This document shows positions 39,386 through 48,586 of a stretch of 64,000 nt of DNA, piece by piece. Position numbers and translations under genes: made by a program. The stretch is from the IMG/VR virus record IMGVR_UViG_3300042196_000264; one strand, given 5' to 3'. Each line of letters begins with the position of its first letter. The first letter of the stretch is position 1. The notes below the pieces were generated by a model. The model was not told the origin of the DNA and ran no database searches. It saw only the letters and a list, made by a program, of their open reading frames with translations. The DNA is from an uncultured virus (IMG/VR IMGVR_UViG_3300042196_000264). Taxonomy: Duplodnaviria > Heunggongvirae > Uroviricota > Caudoviricetes.

Positions 39386-39493
39386 AGCCACCCTGTTGCC
39401 ACGCTGGCGTGGTGATGAGGCAGTCGGCACATGCGCAGGATGGCACGCGACGTCTGAGTGCGTCAACCCCCGGCCTTGCGTGCTAGTGCAAAG
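39386..39493 (-). promoter_or_regulatory. Leader/promoter of array 2
   Basis: Same box, then TTGACG-N18-CATCCT. Confidence 0.8.
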
Positions 39494-39501
39494 TGAGGTG
39501 C

Positions 39502-40584
39502 TCACCGGGCCACCCACGTCAACTTCCGCGCCGCTCGTGTGGCCGCCGTGTACCGCCAGCGGCTGGCAGACCACATGTCCGCAACCTGGTCGAGCACGAG
39601 CACTCGATCCCACTCGCTGCCCTGCGCCTTGTGGGTCGTCAGGCAGTAGCCAAAATCGAAGAGACCGACGCTGCGTCTGTAGTCGTCGAGCTTCTTCGGC
39701 GCCCCGAATTGCTCCCAGTTCACGCGGACATCGGTGTAGGGCGTGCCATCGTCGGCAACGAAGTTGATCGTGTCGGCTCCGACGTCCGTCACGGAGCCCA
39801 TCATGCCGTTCCAGACGCCGAGTTCGTAGCTGTTCTGGAGACAGATCACCCGCTCTCCTAATCCTGGACGCGGGCCCGAGAACCCGAGTTGCCTCCTCAC
39901 CTTCGCGTTCACGGCGATGCGTGTGTTGTTGAAGCCGCACAGCACCACGTCGTAGTCGCAGACCCGTTCAGGGATCCTCCTCAGCACTTCCACGCTGGTA
40001 CCCGCGGACGCGTGGGAGGAAGACACCGGACTCACGTTGACACGCAGGTCATGGGCGAAGCGGATGATTGGGCTGCCGCTCGCTTGCCGATGGATCGTCT
40101 CGAGACGCGCGTCGAGGTGCCGCATGATCTCCGGGTCATCTCCGACTGGCTCGAGTTGGCCATGATCGCCGACGTACAGCACCTTCTTGCCGAAACTCTC
40201 GAGGTCGGACACGAGAGCGGAACTCAGCATCGAGGCCTCATCGACGACCACAAGATGGCATCCGATATGCCTGACCTTGCGGAAGCGAGGCGGATTCCCC
40301 TCCGCCTCGTAGATCAACCTGTGGACCGTCGTCGCAGGCACCCCCTTCGAGCGGAGCACGCTCGCCGCCTTGCCCGTCGGAGCACAGACGGCCACGCCCT
40401 CAGCGAGGTTCATGGTGTGGCTTCCCTCGTCCGTCCCACGTCCAAGGTTCAGGATCTCCTTGATGATGGTCGTCTTGCCCGTGCCGGCGTAGCCTCCGAG
40501 CACGAAGGTCTGCCGGAGCCCACTGGACAGCCACTCCGCGACGGAGTCCACCGCCGCGCGTTGTTCTTCGCTCAGGTCGATCAT
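39502..40584 (-). CDS. RecD/Dda-like SF1B DNA helicase
   Basis: GYAGTGKT, APTGKAA, TVHRL, VDEASM, GDHGQL, HRQ, TTHKAQGSEW, YTAATRA. Confidence 0.92.
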   Translation of the reverse strand: MIDLSEEQRAAVDSVAEWLSSGLRQTFVLGGYAGTGKTTIIKEILNLGRGTDEGSHTMNLAEGVAVCAPTGKAASVLRSKGVPATTVHRLIYEAEGNPPRFRKVRHIGCHLVVVDEASMLSSALVSDLESFGKKVLYVGDHGQLEPVGDDPEIMRHLDARLETIHRQASGSPIIRFAHDLRVNVSPVSSSHASAGTSVEVLRRIPERVCDYDVVLCGFNNTRIAVNAKVRRQLGFSGPRPGLGERVICLQNSYELGVWNGMMGSVTDVGADTINFVADDGTPYTDVRVNWEQFGAPKKLDDYRRSVGLFDFGYCLTTHKAQGSEWDRVLVLDQVADMWSASRWRYTAATRAARKLTWVAR

Positions 40585-40649
40585 CTTGCTCTAGGTGGCT
40601 TGGGGACGCCTTGACGTGTACCGTGCGTGACGGTAAGGTGCAAGTCCCC

Positions 40650-40946
40650 ATGCAACCACCTGGCCCTGACGACCCCATGAACCAAGACGCCCACGACCTC
40701 CACGAGAGGATCGAGGAGACCAAGTCCACCATCGTGACCATCCAGGACAGGATCAAGATCCTGCGCGAGATCGAGTCCGAAGTATTCGGCAAGATGGTCA
40801 CGCAGATCGACATCGCTCCGAAAACCAGGATCCTGGCGGACCTCGCGGTGGTCATCGCGGGCCAGCGAAGCTACCTTGAAGAGCTTCAGTCCAGCGTTGA
40901 GCCTGAACCCCTCAGAGCGTTCAGGTCACTCCTCAAGGGCCGATGA
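40650..40946 (+). CDS. Coiled-coil hypothetical protein
   Basis: First gene of a coupled + strand run; start uncertain. Confidence 0.55.
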   Translation: MQPPGPDDPMNQDAHDLHERIEETKSTIVTIQDRIKILREIESEVFGKMVTQIDIAPKTRILADLAVVIAGQRSYLEELQSSVEPEPLRAFRSLLKGR

Positions 40947-41350
40947 AGGTCTCCGCGGTCATCATCGCCGGCGGTCGAAACGTCCGGCTGAACGAACTCC
41001 AACGCAACGCCTTGGCGAGGCTGCTGATCCGGTTCCCTGAGTCCACCGTCATGAGCGGCGGTGCTTCTGGCGCGGATACCGACGGGGTTGAAGTTGCGAG
41101 CGGGCTCGGCCTCGAAATCCATGTCGAGCACGCTGACTGGACCACGTACGGCCGCTCCGCGGGGATCCGCAGGAACGCCGTGCTCGTGAAGCTCGCTCTG
41201 AACCGCGGGCGCGCCGTGCTGATCGCCTTCCCCGGAGGCCGAGGGACCGAGGATATGGTCACGAGATGCCGCCGTGCCGGGCTCATGGTGTTCCGTGTAG
41301 ACTCTTCCGGTGCGATCGGCGAACCTCAGGTTGAGGACTACGATGGCTGA
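40943..41350 (+). CDS. SLOG-superfamily (DUF2493/YspA-like) protein
   Basis: IIAGGR, SGGASGAD, ADW..YGRSAG.RRN, IAFPGGRGT. Confidence 0.85.
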   Translation: MKVSAVIIAGGRNVRLNELQRNALARLLIRFPESTVMSGGASGADTDGVEVASGLGLEIHVEHADWTTYGRSAGIRRNAVLVKLALNRGRAVLIAFPGGRGTEDMVTRCRRAGLMVFRVDSSGAIGEPQVEDYDG

Positions 41351-41660
41351 CATCCGAGAAGACATCCTTGTGCTCGCAGATAATCTCGACGATGTCTCAC
41401 CGGGCTTCTGGGTCTTGGCGCTCCGGGCGATCGTGAAGAAGCACGCTGCCGACCTGGACCGGATGCTTCGCGAGCGGAAGTGTCTCAACCTCCTGGCGGA
41501 CAACGGAGGCACCCTGGCATACGCGGACGGGGGGACCCGGTGCACGACGATGGGGCTCGACGGGGACCTCATCGAGACCCAATCTGAGGACACGTGCGAT
41601 GCAATCGAGAGGTGCTTCGCCAAGCTCGAAGAGACTCACCTCCGTAAGGACACGGCATGA
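41343..41660 (+). CDS. Hypothetical protein
   Basis: GAGG RBS; overlapping start. Confidence 0.55.
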   Translation: MADIREDILVLADNLDDVSPGFWVLALRAIVKKHAADLDRMLRERKCLNLLADNGGTLAYADGGTRCTTMGLDGDLIETQSEDTCDAIERCFAKLEETHLRKDTA

Positions 41661-41844
41661 CCCGTGCTGACTTCGAGCGGTGGTGCCTCATGGCGCCAGC
41701 ATGGTCACCGACGTGCGCGCGGACATCGGAAACCTCAGCTACACGCATCGTCGACCCAACGAAATTCGTTCCACCATGGCCCAAGATTCAACCGTACCGC
41801 GTGAGCCTGACCCTGCTTCCCGAACTTCCGGGGATCCCTGTGAG

Positions 41845-42129
41845 ATGACGGAGTGGTGGAAGACCCACCACCGAAGCCTGGGTTCGTCACCCACGTTCAC
41901 CGCCAAGATGGGGACACTGGAACTCGAGGTAGGCATCGAGTGCGATGGTTTTGCCTACTGGCAGGTGTCATGTTCCTCAGAGGACCAGCTCGCCGGTGGC
42001 AACGTCATCGATCCAGAGTTAGGGGACGGACCAAATGCACCGGACGGCTGGCAGAAACGAACGATCGCGATAGCGAAGGCGCGTTGCGAGAGGGTCGCTA
42101 GGACTCTCGCCGTGGAGGCCGCGGGATGA
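41845..42129 (+). CDS. Hypothetical protein
   Basis: ATGA coupling on both sides. Confidence 0.5.
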   Translation: MTEWWKTHHRSLGSSPTFTAKMGTLELEVGIECDGFAYWQVSCSSEDQLAGGNVIDPELGDGPNAPDGWQKRTIAIAKARCERVARTLAVEAAG

Positions 42130-42962
42130 CCGTCATCGAGTGGACGCACCCCCCGGGCTACAAAGGCGAAACCTGGAACCCGGCGACTGGATGCACGAAG
42201 GTCTCACAGGGATGCAAAAACTGTTTCGCAGAAGGTGTGGCTGAGAGGTTCTGGGGCGAGCGCAAGTTCACCGACGTTCGGATCCATCCCGAGCGCATCG
42301 GGAGTCCGCTGCGATGGAGGGATCCGCGGTTCGTCTTCGTCAACTCCATGTCGGATCTCTTTCACGAAGACATCGCCTTTAGCTTCGTGGCCTGCGTCGT
42401 CGACGTGATGCTGCAGACACCGCGGCACCGCTACATCGTGCTCACCAAGCGTCCACAACGCGCGAAGGATTTCTACCAATGGTGCGCGGACCAAGGCGGC
42501 GACGTGCCCAACAACCTGATCCTCGGCGTGTCTGCCGAGGATCAGAAGACCTTCGACGAGCGGGTCCCAGTGATCCTTGAGTGCCCAGCGGCTTGCTATG
42601 CCGTGAGCTACGAGCCGGCCCTCGACCAGGTGGACTTTTGTTTCGGCAGCTACCCGAGGAGCGGACCCCATGTGGAGTGGCTGATCGCCGGCGGTGAATC
42701 CGGACCGAACGCTAGGCCATGCGATGTCTCCTGGATACGTTCCGCGGTCTCCCAGGCACGGGACTCCGGATTCCCGGTGTTCGTCAAGCAACTCGGAACT
42801 CGGCCGCATCACGACTGCTCTCTTGGAGAGAAAAACTGGGACTGGTCTGAGTGTGAGACGCTCGCCAAGGTCCGTGATAGGAAGGGTGCGGACCCCAGCG
42901 AGTGGCCAGAGGACCTTCGTGTAAGGCAGTGGCCATCGATCCTCACGAAGGAAGACTCGTGA
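42126..42962 (+). CDS. Phage Gp37/Gp68 (DUF5131) radical SAM-like protein
   Basis: IEWT..TWNPATGCTKVSQGCKNCFAE, FVNSMSDLFH, LTKRP, WLIAGGESG, FVKQLG. Confidence 0.92.
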   Translation: MTVIEWTHPPGYKGETWNPATGCTKVSQGCKNCFAEGVAERFWGERKFTDVRIHPERIGSPLRWRDPRFVFVNSMSDLFHEDIAFSFVACVVDVMLQTPRHRYIVLTKRPQRAKDFYQWCADQGGDVPNNLILGVSAEDQKTFDERVPVILECPAACYAVSYEPALDQVDFCFGSYPRSGPHVEWLIAGGESGPNARPCDVSWIRSAVSQARDSGFPVFVKQLGTRPHHDCSLGEKNWDWSECETLAKVRDRKGADPSEWPEDLRVRQWPSILTKEDS

Positions 42963-43408
42963 TGGACATCGACCAGGTGATCGATCGCATCAGCGAAGGA
43001 CTGAAGCTTCCGCAGATCTCGTTCGCTTGGACGACGGAGGCGTTCTTGGCCGGTCACAAGACGGTGACGAGGCGCCAGGGGGCCAAGTGGATCCTCCTCA
43101 AGAAGGGAGACCTGCTCATGGCGATCGAGAAGGGGCAGGGACTGAAGCGCGGCGAGAAGGTCCGAAGGCTCGACGTCATCGAGGTCGTGAGCGCCATCCG
43201 AGTGGGAGTGTCATCGATCAACTACGAAGACCTATTTCGCGAGGGAGGGTCTTGGAAAAGCACCGAGGAGTTCGTCGAGATGTACTGCCGCGGGAACCGC
43301 TGCGAACCGGGTCACCTCTGCACACGCATCGAGTTCCGGAGACTCGGCGTTCCAGATGACGTGCTGAAGTCTGGGCAGATGGTTGCATCAAGGAGCGCTC
43401 GGCCATGA
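42961..43408 (+). CDS. ASCH/PUA-like protein
   Basis: ISF...GHKTVTRR...KKGDLL...REG...FVEM...RIEF; start approximate. Confidence 0.7.
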
Positions 43409-43623
43409 AGCCGAAGAAGACCACCGTCAAGCGAACGGGACCCATCACAAAACCGTGGCCCGTGTTCACGCGCGCGCTCGAAGAGGGGATCCGCGCCGGG
43501 CTCGTGCGCTCTCGCAAGCACACGGAAAGCCCAACCGATGAGGAGGTCTTCCAGAAGGTCTACGACTCCGTGCTCAACGAGGTACTCGAGGTCTTCGACT
43601 TTCCGGACGAGTGCGACTCTTGA
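43405..43623 (+). CDS. Phage hypothetical protein
   Basis: ALEEGI.AG..RSRKHTESP pattern. Confidence 0.6.
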   Translation: MKPKKTTVKRTGPITKPWPVFTRALEEGIRAGLVRSRKHTESPTDEEVFQKVYDSVLNEVLEVFDFPDECDS

Positions 43624-44654
43624 TCCGCGGCGGCTCCCTCTTCTCTGGGATCGGTGCGCTCGACCTCGCCATGGAACGCTGCGGCATCAGCGTTGCGTGG
43701 CAGTGCGAGAAGGACCCCTACTGCAGGACGCTCCTGGCCAAGCACTGGCCAGGAGTACGATGCTACGAGGACATCACACATGTCGACTTCGCATCAGCTG
43801 ACCCTGTGGACGCTCTCTTCGGAGGTTTCCCGTGCCAGGACGTCAGCGGAGCAGGGCTCCGTGCCGGTATGTCCGGCTCCCGTTCTGGACTCTGGCGGGA
43901 GTTTGCTCGAGCCGTTCGCGTGGTACGACCCAAGCTCGTCTACGTGGAAAACGTGGGCTCGGGACGGAGCCGGTATCTCGGAGACGTACTCGGGGACCTG
44001 GTCGAGCTCGGGTACAGTACAGGGTGGAATAGCCTGGAAGCGTGTGATGTCGGAGCCACGCAACTCCGGGATCGGTGCTTCATTCTGGGCTACACCGACC
44101 GCGACCAACTACGGCAGCTCGCAGAATGGCTTCAAGCGCAACCAGCCGAGCGGCGGGACACCCTCGCTCGAGAACATGGCGCGGGAGTTCCATCAGCGCG
44201 AGGACCTCTGGCCGACGTCATTAGCCGTGGATGCGAAGGATCTAGCCCAGTCGCAGGAGTATCAGGACGATCCGAAAAACGGAGCGAGCCTCCTCACGAT
44301 GGTGCGTGGGTTTCACCGGCGAGCGGACTTGTGGCCGACTGCAACGACAACGGATGCGAAGGACTCCGCCCGGCACACGACCACGTCGGAAGTCATGCAC
44401 CCGGGCACGATGCTGCTCGACGAGGTGAGGAACTTCCATTCCCGCCCGGACCTCGAGCCCCTACCGAAGAGTGGCGGGAGTGGTTCTCACGCGGTGGTCC
44501 TGCGCCCGGAGTTCGTCGAGACGCATATGGGGATCCCCGTGGGGTGGACGCACGACGACGGAAGTACCGACTTTACGTCCTTGGCAATGCCGTGGTCCCA
44601 GCGCAAGCGGAAGCCGCCTTCCGGTGGCTGATCGAGCGGCATGCTAGGATGTAG
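43611..44654 (+). CDS. dcm: C5 cytosine DNA methyltransferase, main polypeptide
   Basis: SLFSGIG (I), GGFPCQD (IV), VENV (VI), QLRDR (VIII), LGNAVVP (X). Confidence 0.88.
   Translation: MRLLIRGGSLFSGIGALDLAMERCGISVAWQCEKDPYCRTLLAKHWPGVRCYEDITHVDFASADPVDALFGGFPCQDVSGAGLRAGMSGSRSGLWREFARAVRVVRPKLVYVENVGSGRSRYLGDVLGDLVELGYSTGWNSLEACDVGATQLRDRCFILGYTDRDQLRQLAEWLQAQPAERRDTLAREHGAGVPSARGPLADVISRGCEGSSPVAGVSGRSEKRSEPPHDGAWVSPASGLVADCNDNGCEGLRPAHDHVGSHAPGHDAARRGEELPFPPGPRAPTEEWREWFSRGGPAPGVRRDAYGDPRGVDARRRKYRLYVLGNAVVPAQAEAAFRWLIERHARM
43780..44631 (+). CDS. Overlapping alternative-frame polypeptide of the methyltransferase (TRD/motif IX-like)
   Basis: Nested frame with repeated W(A/P)T..A.D.K units and LRPEFVETHMGIPVGWT. 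Confidence 0.7.
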   Translation: MSTSHQLTLWTLSSEVSRARTSAEQGSVPVCPAPVLDSGGSLLEPFAWYDPSSSTWKTWARDGAGISETYSGTWSSSGTVQGGIAWKRVMSEPRNSGIGASFWATPTATNYGSSQNGFKRNQPSGGTPSLENMAREFHQREDLWPTSLAVDAKDLAQSQEYQDDPKNGASLLTMVRGFHRRADLWPTATTTDAKDSARHTTTSEVMHPGTMLLDEVRNFHSRPDLEPLPKSGGSGSHAVVLRPEFVETHMGIPVGWTHDDGSTDFTSLAMPWSQRKRKPPSGG

Positions 44655-44658
44655 AGCA

Positions 44659-45465
44659 ATGCCAACGGTTCTGCCGAGCATCGATGTCACCATGCTGGCC
44701 TATAAGGAGCCAGCGATCGAGCACAACATCCGGAGTTGGCTTCCGCATGCAAGGAAGATTGTCGTGGTTGCAGGGGCAACCCTGGAAGCTCGAGGAGCCG
44801 GGTTCCCGGCCGTAGATGACGTGCTGGTGGAAAATCTCAGGATCATGGCGTTCCATGATTGCAGGATAGTCGTAGTGGACCGTGACACGTACTGGAAAGA
44901 CAAGAACGAGATGGCCGCGGCAGCTGCTGAACACCTGGGGGCAGACATCGTATGGCAGGTCGACGCAGACGAATTCTACTTCGCGGACGACATCGAACGA
45001 GCCAGGATGGAACTGGCTGACGATGGATGGGTCATCGCCAAGATGCCTCACATCATATTCTGGAAAGACAAGGAGCACGTGCTCCGTAGCCGTGCTGGCG
45101 ATGACTGGTTCGTACCTCAGCGCATCTGGAGGCGAGCGGACGGGGAAAGGTTCCTGCACCTTCCGTTCGGCACGATCCAGAAGTCAGATGGATCAGTGAC
45201 GACGTACGAGGGGAACGGCGTTCGAACTCTCGGATGGGGCCGCTGTTATCACAGTTGTTGGTGCCCACCTGCCGAGCGGATCGCATTCAAGTTTGCCTAT
45301 CACAAAGCAAGGGGAGACGGCGGATCCGAGCGATGGATCCATGATGTATGGGAAAACGGAGTGATCCCGCCAGAAGGTGTGCATCCCGGACAGACTGGGA
45401 TCTTTCCGACTCCGTTTTCCGGGCCGTGGCCACCAGCCTTTGTCGCGTCAGTTGAGTGCAAATGA
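44659..45465 (+). CDS. GT-A fold (GT2-like) glycosyltransferase
   Basis: WQVDADEFY DxD motif; lower GC than neighbours. Confidence 0.7.
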   Translation: MPTVLPSIDVTMLAYKEPAIEHNIRSWLPHARKIVVVAGATLEARGAGFPAVDDVLVENLRIMAFHDCRIVVVDRDTYWKDKNEMAAAAAEHLGADIVWQVDADEFYFADDIERARMELADDGWVIAKMPHIIFWKDKEHVLRSRAGDDWFVPQRIWRRADGERFLHLPFGTIQKSDGSVTTYEGNGVRTLGWGRCYHSCWCPPAERIAFKFAYHKARGDGGSERWIHDVWENGVIPPEGVHPGQTGIFPTPFSGPWPPAFVASVECK

Positions 45466-45491
45466 AAACACCACCGTTGCTGGCCATGCGG

Positions 45492-45516
45492 CTGCGTCGG
45501 GCTTCGCCCGACGCAG
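45492..45516. terminator. 11-bp perfect hairpin between the convergent GT gene and array 3
   Basis: CTGCGTCGGGC-TTC-GCCCGACGCAG; no clear U tract. Confidence 0.55.
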
Positions 45517-45539
45517 GTGTTGGAGTACCTAGGGATCCG

Positions 45540-46597
45540 CTTGGATCTTAGTGTGAGAAAGAAGTGTGTTGCGAGCGCAGCGACGGAGCGTCTGCCGCTG
45601 CTTCATCAGGTCCTGGATCTTCGTGTGAGGAAGAAGTGTGTTGCGAGGCGAACTCTACGGCCGCCCCCAGAGGTCTCGTCTGGCCTGGATCTTCGTGTGA
45701 GGAAGAAGTGCGTTGCGAGTCGGCGCCACGTCGGTGATCGTGAGTAGTGGATCGGTGTCCCTGGATCTTCGTGTGAGGAAGAAGTGTGTTGCGAGGCACC
45801 ATCCTGGGTCCGCTGGTGAAATATCACCGTCCTGGATCTTCGTGTGAGGAAGAAGTGTGTTGCGAGCCGAGACGATCCAGGCGGGGCTCCTGGACATCCT
45901 GCTCCTGGATCTTCGTGTGAGGAAGAAGTGTGTTGCGAGAAGGCATGATCAGCTTTGAGGCCACAGCGAACGCCATCCCTGGATCTTCGTGTGAGGAAGA
46001 AGTGTGTTGCGAGTACTCGCTCGCGCAGGTCGTGGAGGCCCTTGGGTCCCCTGGATCTTCGTGTGAGGAAGAAGTTGTGCTGCAAAGCCGTGCCCGTGAG
46101 CCCCCAGAGGAAGAGCGTACAGCGGCCTGGATCTTCGTGTGAGGAAGAAGTGTGCTGCAAGTCCAAGCCCGCCACGGTGCAGCTTGTCCTGTTTGGGCCT
46201 GGATCTTCGTGTGAGGAAGATGTGCGTTGCGAGTTCGCCCTGACGTTCGGCACCCTGCCCACGATGCGATACCTGGATCTTCGTGTGAGGAAGAAGTGTG
46301 TTGCGAGCGGGCAGGCCTGGATCGCGGTCGAGGGGGCAGGACGGGCCCTGGATCTTCGTGTGAGGAAGAAGTGTGTTGCGAGACTGCGCCCCCTGCGCCG
46401 GGCGCAGAAACGGTGGCACCTGGATCTTCGTGTGAGGAAGAAGTGTGTTGCGAGACGATCGTGGTGAACGGCCGGGAGATGCAGGTCGACCTGGATCTTC
46501 GTGTGAGGAAGAAGTGTGTTGCGAGGAGGATACGGGCGTGCGGTTGGCCGCGGACTGCATTCCTGGATCTTCGTGTGAGGAAGAAGTGTGTTGCGAG
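45540..46597 (-). CRISPR. CRISPR array 3: 15 repeats, 14 spacers
   Basis: Repeat (minus sense) CTCGCAACACACTTCTTCCTCACACGAAGATCCAGG; 35-40 nt spacers; degenerate leftmost repeat. Confidence 0.97.
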
Positions 46598-46707
46598 GGC
46601 CCCACTGTTGCCACGCTAGCATGGTACTGGGACCGTCGGCACTTGCGCAGGATGGCACGCGACGTCTGAGCGCGTCAAGGGCCGGTCTTGCGTGCTAGTG
46701 CAAAACC
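46598..46707 (-). promoter_or_regulatory. Leader/promoter of array 3, divergent from the effector gene
   Basis: Same box, then TTGACG-N18-CATCCT. Confidence 0.8.
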
Positions 46708-46783
46708 ATTCGCTAGAGCAAAGATCATGGGCGTGTCGATTTTCGCTTGTAGCTTTCCGTTCGGGACGGTAAGAAGCCCTCAC

Positions 46784-48586
46784 GTGGTCGACGCGAAACC
46801 AGACGCCAAGAAGGGCGTGCGCAGCAGGCTCCTCGAAGAGAAGAAGTCTCGGCGGGAGGCAGCGCTGCAGGACGGGCTCATGTGCGTGTACCAAGCGTAC
46901 AAGTACGAGATCCGTGAACGCTCGCCAGGACAGTTCCAGTTGCTGGCCAGGCACGCTGGCCTGAGCAGGTTCGCGAAAAACTGGTCGCTCCGGTTCTGGG
47001 TCAAGGAGCGAGAGGAGTTCGAGCGCGCGCGCGAACACATCAAGCTGCTGAAACTCGATGGATCCGCGGAAGCGGGCATCGCAGAGATCCAGAAGGTGCT
47101 TGACGAAGCCGTGAGGTCCTACTGGAGCTCGGCCATCCATGAGTCGTGGACGAAGGAAGCCCGCGATGTCGTGGACGAGATCGTGGCGTCCGCTCCGTTC
47201 GCCATCGTTCTGAACCTCGAACAGCAGCAGGAGAAGAGGGAGAAGATCGCGAAGGCGAAGGCAAAGGAAGCGGCGAAAAAGGCGAAGGAGGCGGCGAAGA
47301 GGTCTGCTTCCTCCCGCCGCAGCGTGGGCAGGCTCCGATCTGCAGCTCTTCCAGAAAAGGAAAAGGAAGAGGACAAGCCGCTGGAGATCGTAGAGCATCG
47401 GCGCACCCCTCTTGGGCTGCTGTCGAGGCTGTGGACGCAAACCGTCAAGCAGGTCTGCGTGAGCAGGGAGGATGGAAGCTTCTGGGCTGCGGGCCTGACC
47501 AGATGGGCCGCACAGGGTGCCCTCATCGCCACGGACGGAGCCTATTTCACGCACTTCAAAGCCCGTGCCAAGGCCAATCGTGGAGAGCTCTCTCGCGACG
47601 CAGTCCCAGGGCTCCCGACCTTCAAGAAGCGTAACGGGAAGAAGTCGTTCGCGGTCCAGTACTCGGGCGTCAAGTTGCCGCACGACGATGCGTCCCTTCG
47701 ACCCGATGAGGTGAAGGTCCAGGGCGTTGGAGTCGTAAGGCTCTACGAAGGACTGCAGAAGTTCCAGGGGACGATCAAGGCTGTCTCGGTCTCGAGCGAG
47801 GTTCGCGGCCGCTGGTGGATCTCGTTCACCGTCGAACGGACGCGACCGATCCCACGGCGTCGGCCGCAACCACGGGTAGGCGTCGACCTCGGAGCCAGGG
47901 ACACGATCACGCTCTCCGACGGCGTGGCGCACGAGCGCTCCTGGGAGGCTCCGAAACCGCTCGCCAACTCGCTCAAGAGGTTGCGTCGTCTCAGCAGGGC
48001 CCAGAGTCGTCGGAGAAAACCGTCGTGGGATAAGGAGACGCATGAGACCCTCGTCGAGGGGAGCAGCGGTTGGTACAAGGCTCGCCTCGAGGTCGCCAAG
48101 CTCAATTTCAAGATCGCGTGCCAGCGGCGGAACTGGCTCCACAACGTCACCACCGAGATCGCGAAGACGTACACCGACATCGTCATCGAGGGGTACAACG
48201 CCCGCGAGCTCGTGAAGAAGTCTCGCAAGGTCGTGAAGACGAAGGAGGGCCGTCGTAACATGGCCGACTCCGCAGTGGGGATGGCGCGATGGATGCTCAA
48301 GTACAAAGGTGACTGGTACGGGTGCCACGTCACCGTCGCCGACTCCAAGCTCCCCGCGAACAAGACCTGCTCCGTGTGCGGATGGGTGTCCCAACGCACG
48401 CAGTCCAAGAGGATCTACAAGTGTGATGCCTGCGGACAGCAGTGCATCAGGCCGATCAACACGGCAAGGTTTCTCGCTCGGTTTCGGCCAGGTGAGGAAG
48501 GACCGGCTATGGAATCCGGTCCCAAACTGGGTGGAGAGGACAAGCTAGCCCCGTCGGAAACGGCGGACGTGATGCCTCCTCCGTGA
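46784..48586 (+). CDS. tnpB: CRISPR-associated TnpB/Cas12-like RNA-guided protein, probably nuclease-dead
   Basis: AYKYEI...LLARHAG.SRF..NW, PTFKKR, GVDLG (RuvC-I), IVIEG (RuvC-II), CSVCG...CDACG zinc finger; RuvC-III reads IRPINTA in place of DRDxNAA; likely GTG start, about 600 aa. Confidence 0.88.
   Translation: MVDAKPDAKKGVRSRLLEEKKSRREAALQDGLMCVYQAYKYEIRERSPGQFQLLARHAGLSRFAKNWSLRFWVKEREEFERAREHIKLLKLDGSAEAGIAEIQKVLDEAVRSYWSSAIHESWTKEARDVVDEIVASAPFAIVLNLEQQQEKREKIAKAKAKEAAKKAKEAAKRSASSRRSVGRLRSAALPEKEKEEDKPLEIVEHRRTPLGLLSRLWTQTVKQVCVSREDGSFWAAGLTRWAAQGALIATDGAYFTHFKARAKANRGELSRDAVPGLPTFKKRNGKKSFAVQYSGVKLPHDDASLRPDEVKVQGVGVVRLYEGLQKFQGTIKAVSVSSEVRGRWWISFTVERTRPIPRRRPQPRVGVDLGARDTITLSDGVAHERSWEAPKPLANSLKRLRRLSRAQSRRRKPSWDKETHETLVEGSSGWYKARLEVAKLNFKIACQRRNWLHNVTTEIAKTYTDIVIEGYNARELVKKSRKVVKTKEGRRNMADSAVGMARWMLKYKGDWYGCHVTVADSKLPANKTCSVCGWVSQRTQSKRIYKCDACGQQCIRPINTARFLARFRPGEEGPAMESGPKLGGEDKLAPSETADVMPPP

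Noticed and set aside
38339..39446. Long ORFs across array 2 (and similarly across arrays 1 and 3)
   Set aside because: They are translations of CRISPR repeats (LATHFFLTRRS, SQHTSSSHEDP), not genes.
33425..46597. Self-targeting spacers within the window
   Set aside because: None noticed by eye; a proper alignment is needed to exclude partial matches.
46616..48394. 592-aa minus-strand ORF opposite the TnpB-like gene
   Set aside because: Antisense shadow typical of high-GC DNA; the + frame carries the conserved motifs.
46784..48586. IS200/IS605 or IS607 insertion sequence
   Set aside because: No tnpA or serine recombinase and no evident IS ends; the anti-repeat ties the gene to the arrays instead.
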